From NCBI GenBank assembly GCA_045047115.1, contig JASFYR010000009.1, forward strand, positions 1 to 64,000: 64,000 nt of DNA. Reading direction: 5' to 3'. Below are positions 18,701 to 26,767 of the stretch, one piece after another. This DNA comes from Sulfurospirillum sp. GTDB lineage: Bacteria; Campylobacterota; Campylobacteria; Campylobacterales; Sulfurospirillaceae. The notes under the pieces were generated by a model. That model did no database searches and was not told the DNA's origin. It saw only the letters and a program-made list of their open reading frames with translations. The translations under genes and the position numbers were made by a program. Each line of letters begins with the position of its first letter. The stretch's first letter is position 1.

Positions 18701-18730
18701 AATTGCCAACATAAATCTCATAACCCACAT
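12797..18730 (-). CDS. giant exported protein (CARDB-like x2, IPT/PKD-like, beta-rich C-terminal half)
   Basis: Signal peptide; LPDLAIRSV...ITNIG..A..S...ESNTRNN CARDB-like pattern twice; ISWGDG; Gly/aromatic beta-rich C-terminus. Confidence 0.7.
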   Translation of the reverse strand: MWVMRFMLAICLGIFSSYALDLTHKSGTGGISLNKNSFHLNKNIKFRTNKLPDLAIRSVSIKPNIKPKSKIGKNREISLNITNIGKAKAPKSILKLTCRARQGTCPKILNSYIMLNPIKCGRTLKIYWGKNSKERWSEGLFYITASVKLKPTHTFTNNQNQTKESNTRNNKKQFTIKVKSNEYIDFAIGDIKLSKKICANKRLNQNPKIKVKIANLGNHDAPKSTMCVKCTKVGSTTSFTTADFSSSCPAYLIGYAKIPPIKSGKTFILKWPQNSAKKWKAGRYKLLFNANCTARDGIKEHDTYDNNNKKLFKFEVKNCKSKLLPIKPVHVTTRPIVSTSNKEQIIFSSIFPSHWKQGKKYNIIIKGKKLNKKLDFRFSKDISILSQIFLNKKEIKLKIKVSTKAKTGKTYLLYNIKNSIVGKFIKTKLYGWIEKSVTFKKVMPKFKIKPITPDIKFPMGKILLEKPEFGSFGCGGDVYQDKGIPKLNDKTVFTFREENPGLAENFQLQVINRNGDILLAKNLGKTKAFHADSNFVYKILELMQRPTHSFAIKGNDKIANFKKLQKTSSAKIEKITKTKMINPANNPHSNKNINSGVGYPANGVDINMANNFNVSPRDQYMNTHRNEIKLFWKVIGTRAYKKNGTAKKEQKQSIEKTPKMELVTFVVEQSDSWPLSINDFTTGLTCKADHKTSNINIQNLDLGKGKEPGVTATVNYTGDHIELSGSFDLKKSPWAYREYNSNAVWIGPRNIFISWGDGVVEPLNLKKADKEYEINSMTHRYLSQGARKIRVFMLPEDDIQHNNPSQIVAAYNYYAGTKSASLNTNFKTIGTSQNDPYYQTLQLGGNLPTPNMDMVKISKHAYMLYCHKIVIDPRADLVASGPLHLESIAIAETNGGESSSKTTESGSNKLISSVKNGYKLSNKSTKKSTSTSNIKNISKNRVKYKETAEFTNCDSLQANAKLRYYGKGNVQFKWTLYGSDDSKLLLGTYSKPLGPSKQRKNLTQDNFNTPSSDSFSYFPVDSKVLELDKFKINKKYRLYVDATVDPFTASTLSQKEMLNEIADAIPHVQKIASNTITPQMLRVAFNSNTINNPYLTQIQKSGAKFGVLSPSKHLAKGMPMVANVNQAISHATGITPSYKNVPKKKPYYVKSSSYDFKVTPHAQGKPCKFVITTKSGDKFTVKNISKSVTEVSKGVYSGTGDIDISLNAGDKSEILLPVNIDHWKVDGMDVIKGVLDTDFSHQITENGMKISLKKLHCQANKSDMELKLDMSAQENTLRIPGSSKALEWKDITSKLSDEGDWLYKDTKQREFSIGWSGFRIKSNSMLLDLDTKNGKGVGSQCSEQGKNGVKWTGIHLGNATLTPNTFDLVQNGYTKQISDWGIAQTGSKTGLCGKTTLGHFSTNFKKGKISFDKIDIDTKGGNFKAIYKNMDVKVPWLDTHLKGDAQLIDGQPGVEASANFKGLKSPAISKSYKTLKFTADNLIFGSFEGVGWGVWSDTAFTFSTKSSLVTDKAVLNGLIFGMDGRAHLLKDKTSTTIPLGGKASFGKTTVDLIAADLKLHPKNGKSLIDFTIKTNFSISKVLPTVSVPVCYKLNIVGDTYSALGPQVPKFDVPVAFPAGNPNAEAKVTCDYKKDAGQSKTASISQNNFEHLADAISNFSLATPAYASTGEGSTKNDQYKGSVDLAMYGGPPIKAEFRLGYEGGADYWLIRATVGLGQSGVPFIPPLMNLYKIRGGLGHNFPVDAFKHAGTINSVYPDIDGSYMFMAGIRIGSSDKFTVTTDGDLTIKIGEAARMDFRAWLLSTNHSGDGNFQGYIQYGGGNFDGALEGKLDYLGGMVKFVIPHDAMTMHFGHGDWHIYAGKKEGPRIHVFIVILDTNGYFMLDPHALAVGGGMSFYLNAGIGHISGNLDMGLEIRVPPHIMGYAEGAFEAKICCCEVCVGPSISAGVKAEALPLKVSAHACVDLPWPLGGVCGSFSL

Positions 18731-18842
18731 GATTTATCCTTTAGTATGACATATTCCTATATCGCAACAAGTCTATTATATGAGTGGTTAAATTAATAAT
18801 AGCTTAATTAATTGTAGATTAATAGAAAAGTTTTGTAGCGTG

Positions 18843-20123
18843 TTACTTATTGGTTGGTATTGTGATGCCCTCAATTTTTGAGATTATCAGAGATTTTATC
18901 TCTATATTGTCCAGGTTTTTTCCTAAATACAGGTCAGATATGATGGCTCTTCCAATGATATATCTGCCCTCTTTTCCATCCTCTTTCGTTTTGATTCCCC
19001 ATAAATTATGTAGCACAACGATATCACCTTTTTTGTTGCCAATATAGAGCATTATATGTCCTTTGAGATATATGAGCGTTTGAAAAGGTATGCCAAGCTC
19101 TAAAATTGTTTTCTCTTTTTCTTTGTTGCTTTTTCCTTTTAGAGATATGTACCTGAGCATATTTTTTTGAGCAGCTGAATTTCTTGGTAGCCATATACCA
19201 AAGAGAGTAAAAAAATCTTTTGTCAAAGCAGAACAGTCTCTGTTTCCCAGGTATCCTCCCCAGCCGTATTTTTGGTTTAAGAGTTGGTTTATGGTGATTT
19301 TTATATTGTTTGGGTTAAAAGCCAATGGAAATTTCTTTGCTAAATTTTTTGGTATGGTAAGTTTAATTTTCTTGCTTTTATTTTCAAAATTGTTTATAAA
19401 AACATAAGAGTAGTAGAACTGTTTATCTTCTTTTATATAAGGAAATATAGCCCCTAAGTTTGTATGTGTGAAAAATTTTTGATGTTTTGTGTATATTGGG
19501 GCTTTGTCTTTGATGATGATGATCTTTTGGGCTTCTTTGAACTCGCCTTTTTGTTTCGTATTTAGGATTGCAATGTCATTTGTGGGTATCCAGCCAAGAG
19601 AGAAGGGATTTTGTATAAATGCCCAAGAACCATCGCTGTTATAGTGAGAGATGAGCAGAGGAGTGTTTATATGTATGCGTGAGTTTTGCAGATAATCAAA
19701 TGGATATCCCTCGCCGGCTTTTTTGAAATCTCTAAAAAAAGGTTTATTTGTCGGAAGGTTTCTAATTTGTGTATTTTTAGAGGTTATGGCATATAGATTT
19801 GATGCATTGTAATCATCAAAATTTGTAGATTTTATGATGGATGATATGTTTTTTGAATTCCAAGGCATAGTATTTTCACTAAAAAAGATTTTATTTTTTA
19901 AAAAGACTCTGTTTGCCCAAGAAGCACTCTTCTTGCTACTCCTCATGAAACTACTCTGCCAAGGTGAAAAATAGTGAGAATTGAATTTTCTTAGCTCTGC
20001 ATGTAGAGGTTTTATATTTGTGATATAAGGCGTAATATCTTGCTTGTAACTGATAACCTGAGGTTCTTTTTGTGCACAATTTACAAATATAATGAGAATT
20101 ATAGACAAGAGTATATTTTTCAT
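18843..20123 (-). CDS. SH3 / NlpC-P60 family lipoprotein (cell-wall endopeptidase)
   Basis: GEGYPFDYLQNS, YGWGG..NRDCS, LPRNS, GHIMLY; lipobox-like VNC. Confidence 0.88.
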   Translation of the reverse strand: MKNILLSIILIIFVNCAQKEPQVISYKQDITPYITNIKPLHAELRKFNSHYFSPWQSSFMRSSKKSASWANRVFLKNKIFFSENTMPWNSKNISSIIKSTNFDDYNASNLYAITSKNTQIRNLPTNKPFFRDFKKAGEGYPFDYLQNSRIHINTPLLISHYNSDGSWAFIQNPFSLGWIPTNDIAILNTKQKGEFKEAQKIIIIKDKAPIYTKHQKFFTHTNLGAIFPYIKEDKQFYYSYVFINNFENKSKKIKLTIPKNLAKKFPLAFNPNNIKITINQLLNQKYGWGGYLGNRDCSALTKDFFTLFGIWLPRNSAAQKNMLRYISLKGKSNKEKEKTILELGIPFQTLIYLKGHIMLYIGNKKGDIVVLHNLWGIKTKEDGKEGRYIIGRAIISDLYLGKNLDNIEIKSLIISKIEGITIPTNK

Positions 20124-20220
20124 AGAAATATAATACCATAAATTTAGATTGTTTTCTTTAAGTTCTATTTTGTTTGTATTCGATAAAATCTCGGGTTAAT
20201 AATTTTATGGGAGGGGTGTT

Positions 20221-21558
20221 TTGAAAACAGCTAGATTTGGCAGGATAGGTTTTATAATGGCTGCAGCAGGTAGTGCTGTCGGGCTTGGAAATATATGGAA
20301 ATTTCCATATATGGCAGGTCAAAACGGTGGTGGTGCATTTGTGCTCATATATCTTTTGACAGTAGTTTTCATAGGGTTGTCTATTTTTATCGCTGAAGTT
20401 CTTATGGGTAGGATTTCAAGAGGTGATAGCGTGAGTGCTTTTGAGGAGTTGGCTCCAAGACATGGAAATCTTTGGAAATATGCAGGTTTCATGGTTTTTA
20501 CCGGAGTTTTGATACTCTCTTTTTATACGATAGTAATAGGTTGGATTTTTAAGTATATCTTTTTATCTTTTTACTCGTTACCAACAACAGTGAAGAGTGC
20601 AGGCACTCTTTTTGGTGGCATGGTCGGTGTAGAGTGGTTTCAGCAGTTTGTTTTTTTCAATATGGCATTTTTCCTTACAATGTGGATAGTTGTGCGAGGT
20701 GTTAAAAGAGGTATAGAGAAGGTAAATGTTATCTTAATGCCACTGTTGGTTTTGATTTTATTAGCTCTGTTTTTCTACTCTATGACTCTTGATGGTTTTA
20801 AAGATTCACTTGCTTTTTTATTTTATCCTGATTGGTCAAAATTGACAGGTACATCTATCTTAAAAGCTGTTGGACATGCTTTTTTTACACTCTCTTTGGG
20901 TATGGGAACAATTATGACTTACGCTGTCTCATTGCCTAAAAATGAAAATATAGTAAAATCTTCATTGATGGTGGCAGTAATCGATACTTTGATAGCTTTG
21001 GCTGCAGGAATCATTATTTTTACTTTTATATTTCATTTTAATGCCAAGCCTTCTCAGGGTCCCGGACTTGTTTTTATCTCTCTTCCTGCTCTGTTTTCGC
21101 AGATGGGCTTGCTTGGAAATATCATATCCATATCATTTTTTACGGCACTTGCATTTGCGGGAATTACATCGGCAGTTTCAATAGTAGAGCCGACTGCTCT
21201 GTATCTGATCAATAGATTCAATATGACAAGAACTAAAGCGTTATTGAGTATATCTGCAATCACATATATATTTGGTGTTATGGCCATATTTTCAAATGTT
21301 AAAGTTTATGCTCACTACTTTACATATTTTGGAAAAGGGTACTTTGATATACTTGATTATCTAAGTTCTGCCATATTGTTGCCGTTAGGAGGTATGGTTA
21401 TAGCATTTTTCGTGGGATTTGTTATGCCAAAGAGCAGAGTTCATGCTGTTTTATCAAAATATATGAGCGAAACTGTATTTAATTTATGGTATTTTTCAGT
21501 TAAGTATGTTGCTACTATCGCAGTAGCGATAGTGATGATCAATAAACTTTTCTTTTAA
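20221..21558 (+). CDS. sodium-dependent transporter (NSS/SNF family)
   Basis: GSAVGLGNIWKFPY...NGGGAF signature. Confidence 0.95.
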   Translation: MKTARFGRIGFIMAAAGSAVGLGNIWKFPYMAGQNGGGAFVLIYLLTVVFIGLSIFIAEVLMGRISRGDSVSAFEELAPRHGNLWKYAGFMVFTGVLILSFYTIVIGWIFKYIFLSFYSLPTTVKSAGTLFGGMVGVEWFQQFVFFNMAFFLTMWIVVRGVKRGIEKVNVILMPLLVLILLALFFYSMTLDGFKDSLAFLFYPDWSKLTGTSILKAVGHAFFTLSLGMGTIMTYAVSLPKNENIVKSSLMVAVIDTLIALAAGIIIFTFIFHFNAKPSQGPGLVFISLPALFSQMGLLGNIISISFFTALAFAGITSAVSIVEPTALYLINRFNMTRTKALLSISAITYIFGVMAIFSNVKVYAHYFTYFGKGYFDILDYLSSAILLPLGGMVIAFFVGFVMPKSRVHAVLSKYMSETVFNLWYFSVKYVATIAVAIVMINKLFF

Positions 21559-21560
21559 AA

Positions 21561-22841
21561 CTACTTATCAGAGTCAAATAGCATTTTGGCTCTGATTTTT
21601 TTATATCTTTTTGAAGTCATTTTTTTTATCTGTTTTTTGGTCAGTTTTGAGCCGTTTATGATATTGTTTGGTAGTTGCATATCTAAGACTTCATAGCCTG
21701 TTTTTTTTGGGTTGATTATCAAAGGATTGTTGTGGCAACTCTCGCAGGATTTTGCTCTCTTGCCTGTGGTGTGAGGAGAATAGGGGAGCCATACTTCTAT
21801 CTTTCTGCCGTCTATCTTGTTTATATCATCTAAAATCATTTTACCATTTTTATCTCTGTAGCTTATGCGATACTGAAAGAGAGGGCGCACTATCATAATC
21901 CTGCCATCCTTTGAATTTGCCAGATTAAAATGTTCCCATCTTTTATATCTGTAGCCACTGTACCAGATACCGTCTTTAAACTTGTGCGTTATCCAATCAG
22001 GCATCTTTGGTGGAATTTTTCTTTTGCTTTTTAGTGCTTTGTGTAAAAAATTTGTCAAATATCCATCTTCTTGCAGTGTCAAGTTTCCCCACTTTTTATA
22101 ATCGCTTGTGTCATCTCTAAAAACAGAGAGTTCATAGGAGTTGTTGTTCCAAGTAGAGTGACAAGTGGAGCAGGCTAATTTTGTGTGATAAGAGGTGTGG
22201 TTTTTTTTACTCAATTTTTTATGACAATCCCTGCAACTTGCTTTTTTTATGCCAAGCATATCATCTTTTTTATGACAATCAATACAAGTCATGCCAAGTC
22301 GATAGTGTATATCGCTACTTAGATGATGAAAATCTATACCGTATTTTTTGGGTGGATATCTGCCGTCTTTTGTGAGCGGTGCTCGATAACTTTTGTCATA
22401 ATCTTTTGGGAAAAGTCCTAAATAATCTCCGCCTACAAACTCTTTGTTGTGACAGCTAAGACACTTTTTCATATTTATTTTACTTTTTTGGCACTTGCCT
22501 TGTTTTTGGTGAGGAGTATGACAGGCTAAACAATCTTTGCCTCTATTCATGCCTTTTTCACCGCTACCTTTGTTGTTTAGATGACACTTTAAACACTTTC
22601 TTCTTAAAAAATCATCCACTAAGTCTTTTGTATTTTTTATCTTGGTTTTTGGTAGTGGAAGAGTTTGGATTGTTACATTGCTATCTTCTATACCCCACGC
22701 AATTCTTGTGATATTTATGGCTTTTTTAAGAGTGTAGTGCAAACTTTTTTTGCAGTTCTTAGTAACTTTGGGATGGCATTTTATACAATCATTTGCAGAT
22801 AAGAAAAGTGCTATGAATAGCAAGAGAGCTATTTTAGGCAT
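21561..22841 (-). CDS. octaheme c-type cytochrome (ExtO-like)
   Basis: Signal peptide and 8 CXXCH motifs. Confidence 0.85.
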   Translation of the reverse strand: MPKIALLLFIALFLSANDCIKCHPKVTKNCKKSLHYTLKKAINITRIAWGIEDSNVTIQTLPLPKTKIKNTKDLVDDFLRRKCLKCHLNNKGSGEKGMNRGKDCLACHTPHQKQGKCQKSKINMKKCLSCHNKEFVGGDYLGLFPKDYDKSYRAPLTKDGRYPPKKYGIDFHHLSSDIHYRLGMTCIDCHKKDDMLGIKKASCRDCHKKLSKKNHTSYHTKLACSTCHSTWNNNSYELSVFRDDTSDYKKWGNLTLQEDGYLTNFLHKALKSKRKIPPKMPDWITHKFKDGIWYSGYRYKRWEHFNLANSKDGRIMIVRPLFQYRISYRDKNGKMILDDINKIDGRKIEVWLPYSPHTTGKRAKSCESCHNNPLIINPKKTGYEVLDMQLPNNIINGSKLTKKQIKKMTSKRYKKIRAKMLFDSDK

Positions 22842-24586
22842 GATGTTTTTCCGCTATAAAAGAGTTTTTTTGATTTTTTAAAATCAACATATATCTTATC
22901 ACTATATTTGTTATGGCAAATGATACACTTATATGCTCCTATTATTTTGTTCAGTTCACCTGAATTAAAGCTTCTAGCCTCTTTTCTTGAAGTGCTTTGA
23001 AATTGTTTGCCTTTTGGTGATACAAAGGCATCTATCGGGTAGGAAAAAGGCATACCACTTTTTGTTGAATCATAAATCGGAGTAAATGATATGTTGCCAT
23101 CTTTTATATCCAAATTTCCTCGCCCAAGTCCCAAGGAGGCAGGATTAAAGTGACAGTCGACACAAGTTCTTGAAGTTTTTTGAGTAGTATGCGGATCCCA
23201 TCCTGCCATTGCTAATGAGTGAAATTGTTTAACTTTTTTATCTTTAAATACAGTGCCAATAACTTGACATCCAGGAGCAAAAGGCATAATTTTTTTATTG
23301 TAACCAATTCCTAGAGATGGCGATTCAAATCTTAAAAAACTTCTTAACTCTTGCCATTGTCCTTTGGTAACTTTCTTTTTTACCCAATCAAACTGCTTTC
23401 CATTTTGAAAATATATCTCATGACAACCATAACAGCTTGGTGCCCATGAGCTATGACAAGCTGAACAATCAAGCCTTTTGTGAATTGCTAGAGTATGATA
23501 TGGTTTGTCACTCATTTTGGGCAAATTAAACTTTTTACCATCAATTTTTCTATAAAAATCAGTTTTATTTCCATCTTTTTGTACATTGTATAGCGGCGAG
23601 TTGAATTTTTTGGTATAAGCTATGATTTTTGGCTCAGGTACTTTTTCATTTGTATCCGCTAGCGTAACAGCAAGGGTATTTGCCTTTTCAAAGTGGGGTT
23701 TATGACAGTCTTTGCACTTGATATCTTCGGCCTCTTCCATGTGATAGTGCTTTTTACCGTCTCCCATCACACCTTTTTCGGTATGGCAATCTATACAACT
23801 CATGTTTGCACTCTTATGGTGTATGTCATCAGGAAGATTATAATAAAATCTTCTGCCGTCACTCATCTTGTGTGTGAAATCTCCATGTTTGTAAGGCGTG
23901 CCGTAACCCGCACTCTCAAAAATACCCTCATAAGAGAGTCCTATGCGGTTTGAGCGATTATGGCATTTGAGGCAGTTTTTTGTGGGAATTGCCGTAGTGA
24001 ATTTAGCATGTAAGTTGCCTTTTGTTTTTGAGCTTCTATGACAGTCACTACATCCACCACCTCTTGCAATTTTTTGATTTTTAAAAATTTTTTCATCTTG
24101 ATTGATATGACAAGCCGCGCAGAGTTTTCTAAAGTGGCTTTGTGCGAGCGAGATATTTGTATCTCCTCTTATGTCTGCTATGCCTATAGTTGAGTTCAAC
24201 TCTTTGCTTTCACCCCATTGGTATTTCAAAACATTTAGGATTCCACTTTGGGATTGCATCATGGATTTACTTACTCTTTTTATTATTTTTTTGTGGCACT
24301 TGATACAAAATATAGAGGCATGTTCGAGTCTTGCAGGGTTTAAAACCATGCCTTTGTGAGCATCTGCTTTGTCTGTTGCCCATCTGTTTCCGCCATGACA
24401 CGAGGCACAGCCAAATATCTCTTTTGGATGAGCATGGTCTATATCGCTCATATTGCTATGACAACTCATGCATTGGTCCGGTTTTGTCATCTTTGGAGTT
24501 TTTTTTATGCCGTTGGAAAAGATAGAATACACTAAAAGTGCTATAGATATAAGAGCTAGTATAAAGAGTATATTTTTATATTTCAT
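22829..24586 (-). CDS. dodecaheme c-type cytochrome (ExtM-like), membrane anchored
   Basis: 12 CXXCH motifs; start set to ATG 24586, which overlaps the cytochrome b stop (ATGA). Confidence 0.85.
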   Translation of the reverse strand: MKYKNILFILALISIALLVYSIFSNGIKKTPKMTKPDQCMSCHSNMSDIDHAHPKEIFGCASCHGGNRWATDKADAHKGMVLNPARLEHASIFCIKCHKKIIKRVSKSMMQSQSGILNVLKYQWGESKELNSTIGIADIRGDTNISLAQSHFRKLCAACHINQDEKIFKNQKIARGGGCSDCHRSSKTKGNLHAKFTTAIPTKNCLKCHNRSNRIGLSYEGIFESAGYGTPYKHGDFTHKMSDGRRFYYNLPDDIHHKSANMSCIDCHTEKGVMGDGKKHYHMEEAEDIKCKDCHKPHFEKANTLAVTLADTNEKVPEPKIIAYTKKFNSPLYNVQKDGNKTDFYRKIDGKKFNLPKMSDKPYHTLAIHKRLDCSACHSSWAPSCYGCHEIYFQNGKQFDWVKKKVTKGQWQELRSFLRFESPSLGIGYNKKIMPFAPGCQVIGTVFKDKKVKQFHSLAMAGWDPHTTQKTSRTCVDCHFNPASLGLGRGNLDIKDGNISFTPIYDSTKSGMPFSYPIDAFVSPKGKQFQSTSRKEARSFNSGELNKIIGAYKCIICHNKYSDKIYVDFKKSKKLFYSGKTSCLK

Positions 24587-25386
24587 AAACCAAAAACCGA
24601 TATATATGCATAAAACAAGAGCCAAAGAATCAAAAGAGTTTTGATGAGTAGCCTGTAGCTGGTAAAAATGTATAAAAAGAGGAATGCAAAAGGTATAAAA
24701 AGTATAAGATTTACACTTAAGGGCGATAGAGATTTCAGTAGCATATTTTCTGCACCTTGAAAAAACCAGGGGCTTGAGAGTGTGGTTGCTTTTTCGTTTA
24801 AATTTATATCGCTTGGCATATTTAGGGACACAATCGCTAAAACAGTGATGCCAAAGGCGATACTTAGATATTCGGTCTTTACATACAGAGTATCGATGTG
24901 TCTATATATCGCATATCCAAGCATAAGAGGTAAAAATAGTATATGCCAGATAAAAAACTTATAGTAAAAAACAGTATTGTCTTTAAAAAGTGATAAAAAT
25001 GAGTTTAAAACAGGAGTGTTTTTGATGAGGTTAAATGCTACTTCTGCTGCACCGTTTGCACTTAAATCTGCTTTTAGTACAAATCCGCTAAACATTAAAA
25101 TCACTACCGATGCAAAACCTAAAATTGAGTAAATCCAGGATTTATTTGTTATCTTGATTCTGGATTTGCTTAATTCAAGTAGAATATGCATTAAAAGAGA
25201 GATGGTAAATATTTCTGAGCTAAAGTAGTGTAGTTTTCTAAAAAATTCTCCATAAGGTATGAGAAAATTTATCTTTTGAACACTGGCAAATGCAGCTGAT
25301 GGATGATAGGCAAAGACTACTATAAGACCACTAAGCATACTAACAAAAAAGAGCCCAAGCGTAAGAAAGGATACAAATCTAGACAT
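24583..25386 (-). CDS. cytochrome b/b6-like membrane protein
   Basis: RKLHYFSSE...LMH and WH...RH heme ligands; SPWFF in the PEWY-equivalent position. Confidence 0.8.
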   Translation of the reverse strand: MSRFVSFLTLGLFFVSMLSGLIVVFAYHPSAAFASVQKINFLIPYGEFFRKLHYFSSEIFTISLLMHILLELSKSRIKITNKSWIYSILGFASVVILMFSGFVLKADLSANGAAEVAFNLIKNTPVLNSFLSLFKDNTVFYYKFFIWHILFLPLMLGYAIYRHIDTLYVKTEYLSIAFGITVLAIVSLNMPSDINLNEKATTLSSPWFFQGAENMLLKSLSPLSVNLILFIPFAFLFLYIFTSYRLLIKTLLILWLLFYAYISVFGL

Positions 25387-25388
25387 AT

Positions 25389-25778
25389 CTACCCTATAAA
25401 AAGTTTATTATTTTTGATATTGAAAGCTATTTTATCCAAATCTCTCTGTGCCGGTCCTTTGATTCTGTAGCCATCTATCGTAAATTGGCTGTGGTGACAA
25501 GGACAAATAAACTTTTTTTTATCTTTGTAGAAGTTTAAAATACAGCCCATATGGGTACAGTGAGCATCAAAAACCTCTATTTTATCAGCATTTTTATAGA
25601 TAAAAATGTTATGTTTTTTTATCTTTGTGATTCCATCTTTTATATTTTTAGAAGAGATCCAAAACTCTTTATCTGTATCTTGACTAAAAAATATAAATTT
25701 TCCGATAGGATATGCCAAAACTCCTGCCATGGTATATGGCAGGAGTTTTAGAAATTTTCTTCTTCTATTATTCAACAT
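25389..25778 (-). CDS. Rieske 2Fe-2S protein
   Basis: Tat-like RRKFLK; CTHMGC and CPCH motifs. Confidence 0.92.
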   Translation of the reverse strand: MLNNRRRKFLKLLPYTMAGVLAYPIGKFIFFSQDTDKEFWISSKNIKDGITKIKKHNIFIYKNADKIEVFDAHCTHMGCILNFYKDKKKFICPCHHSQFTIDGYRIKGPAQRDLDKIAFNIKNNKLFIG

Positions 25779-25803
25779 TTAAAATTCAACATTCAACATT
25801 AAA

Positions 25804-26163
25804 TTAACATCCCTCGAATTGAGCTCCACCACTAGCTTTTGGAGCTTGTGCAGCTGTTGTTTCGTCTATAAAAGTATTGAAATCTTTTATATCTCCATTG
25901 TCTGCCAATCTTTGTATAACATCATTATAATTTGCCCAAGCTGTTTTTTCCCAAGGGTTTGCTTGTACAGCTTTTTGAGCATATACTTTCGCAAGCGGTA
26001 AATTATCGTTGCTTACCATCTGTCTTGAAAGTTTAACATAGTGAGCACAAAGAACTTTATCCATACTGTAGTTTTGACTGTTTTGGGCACTAAGATTTAT
26101 ACCAAGTAACCCTAAAAGTAACCCTAGACCCATAACTGCGATGATTAGTTTTTTTATTCTCAT
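25804..26163 (-). CDS. small exported protein with C-terminal Cys (…GGAQFEGC)
   Basis: Signal peptide, TPR-like helices, Ala/Gly tail ending in Cys; in operon with RBS. Confidence 0.75.
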   Translation of the reverse strand: MRIKKLIIAVMGLGLLLGLLGINLSAQNSQNYSMDKVLCAHYVKLSRQMVSNDNLPLAKVYAQKAVQANPWEKTAWANYNDVIQRLADNGDIKDFNTFIDETTAAQAPKASGGAQFEGC

Positions 26164-26172
26164 TTTATTCTC

Positions 26173-26766
26173 CTAATAATTTACTGTGACATAATAGACA
26201 TTTGGTGATGTCCCTTCGTCCTCTTTTAGTTTAGCTATACTAGTAGCATCTCTTAACAATTTTGAAACATTGCTGTCTTTATCATTTAGATCACCAAAGT
26301 TTCTCGACTCCCCAACACAAGTTGCAACACAAGCCGGATCAAGTCCGTTTGAGATTCTAGGCAAACAGAAAGTACACTTATCGACTGACTTTTTCTCTTC
26401 ATTATAATATCTTGCATCATACGGACAAGCTACCATACAAGCCTTACAGCCTATACACATGTCAGGCTCAACTAAAACGATACCATCCTCATCTCTTTTG
26501 AAACTTGCTCCTGTCGGACAAACATCTACACAAGGTGCATTATCGCAGTGGTTACAGAGTGTAGGCAAAAAGCTGATAGTCGGATTTTTATGTACATCTT
26601 CACCCTCTACTACAAAAACCTTTGTTCGGTATGCCTCTTTCATGGCAGGCACATCCCAATCAGTTTTGCAAGCAACATAGCAAGCATTACAACCGATACA
26701 TCTATCTCCGACTATAACCATCGCTAGGTTTTTTTGTTTTTTTGTTTTTCTTTTTAATAAACTCAT
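26173..26766 (-). CDS. 4Fe-4S electron-transfer subunit (PsrB/NrfC/DmsB type)
   Basis: CIGCNACYVAC, CNHCDNAPCVDVCP, CIGCKACMVACP, CTFC...PACVATC. Confidence 0.93.
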   Translation of the reverse strand: MSLLKRKTKKQKNLAMVIVGDRCIGCNACYVACKTDWDVPAMKEAYRTKVFVVEGEDVHKNPTISFLPTLCNHCDNAPCVDVCPTGASFKRDEDGIVLVEPDMCIGCKACMVACPYDARYYNEEKKSVDKCTFCLPRISNGLDPACVATCVGESRNFGDLNDKDSNVSKLLRDATSIAKLKEDEGTSPNVYYVTVNY

Positions 26767-26767
26767 A

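Noticed and set aside
12797..18730. Classical autotransporter, RTX or Rhs toxin
   Set aside because: No recognisable autotransporter barrel signature, GGXGXD repeats, YD repeats or adjacent immunity gene
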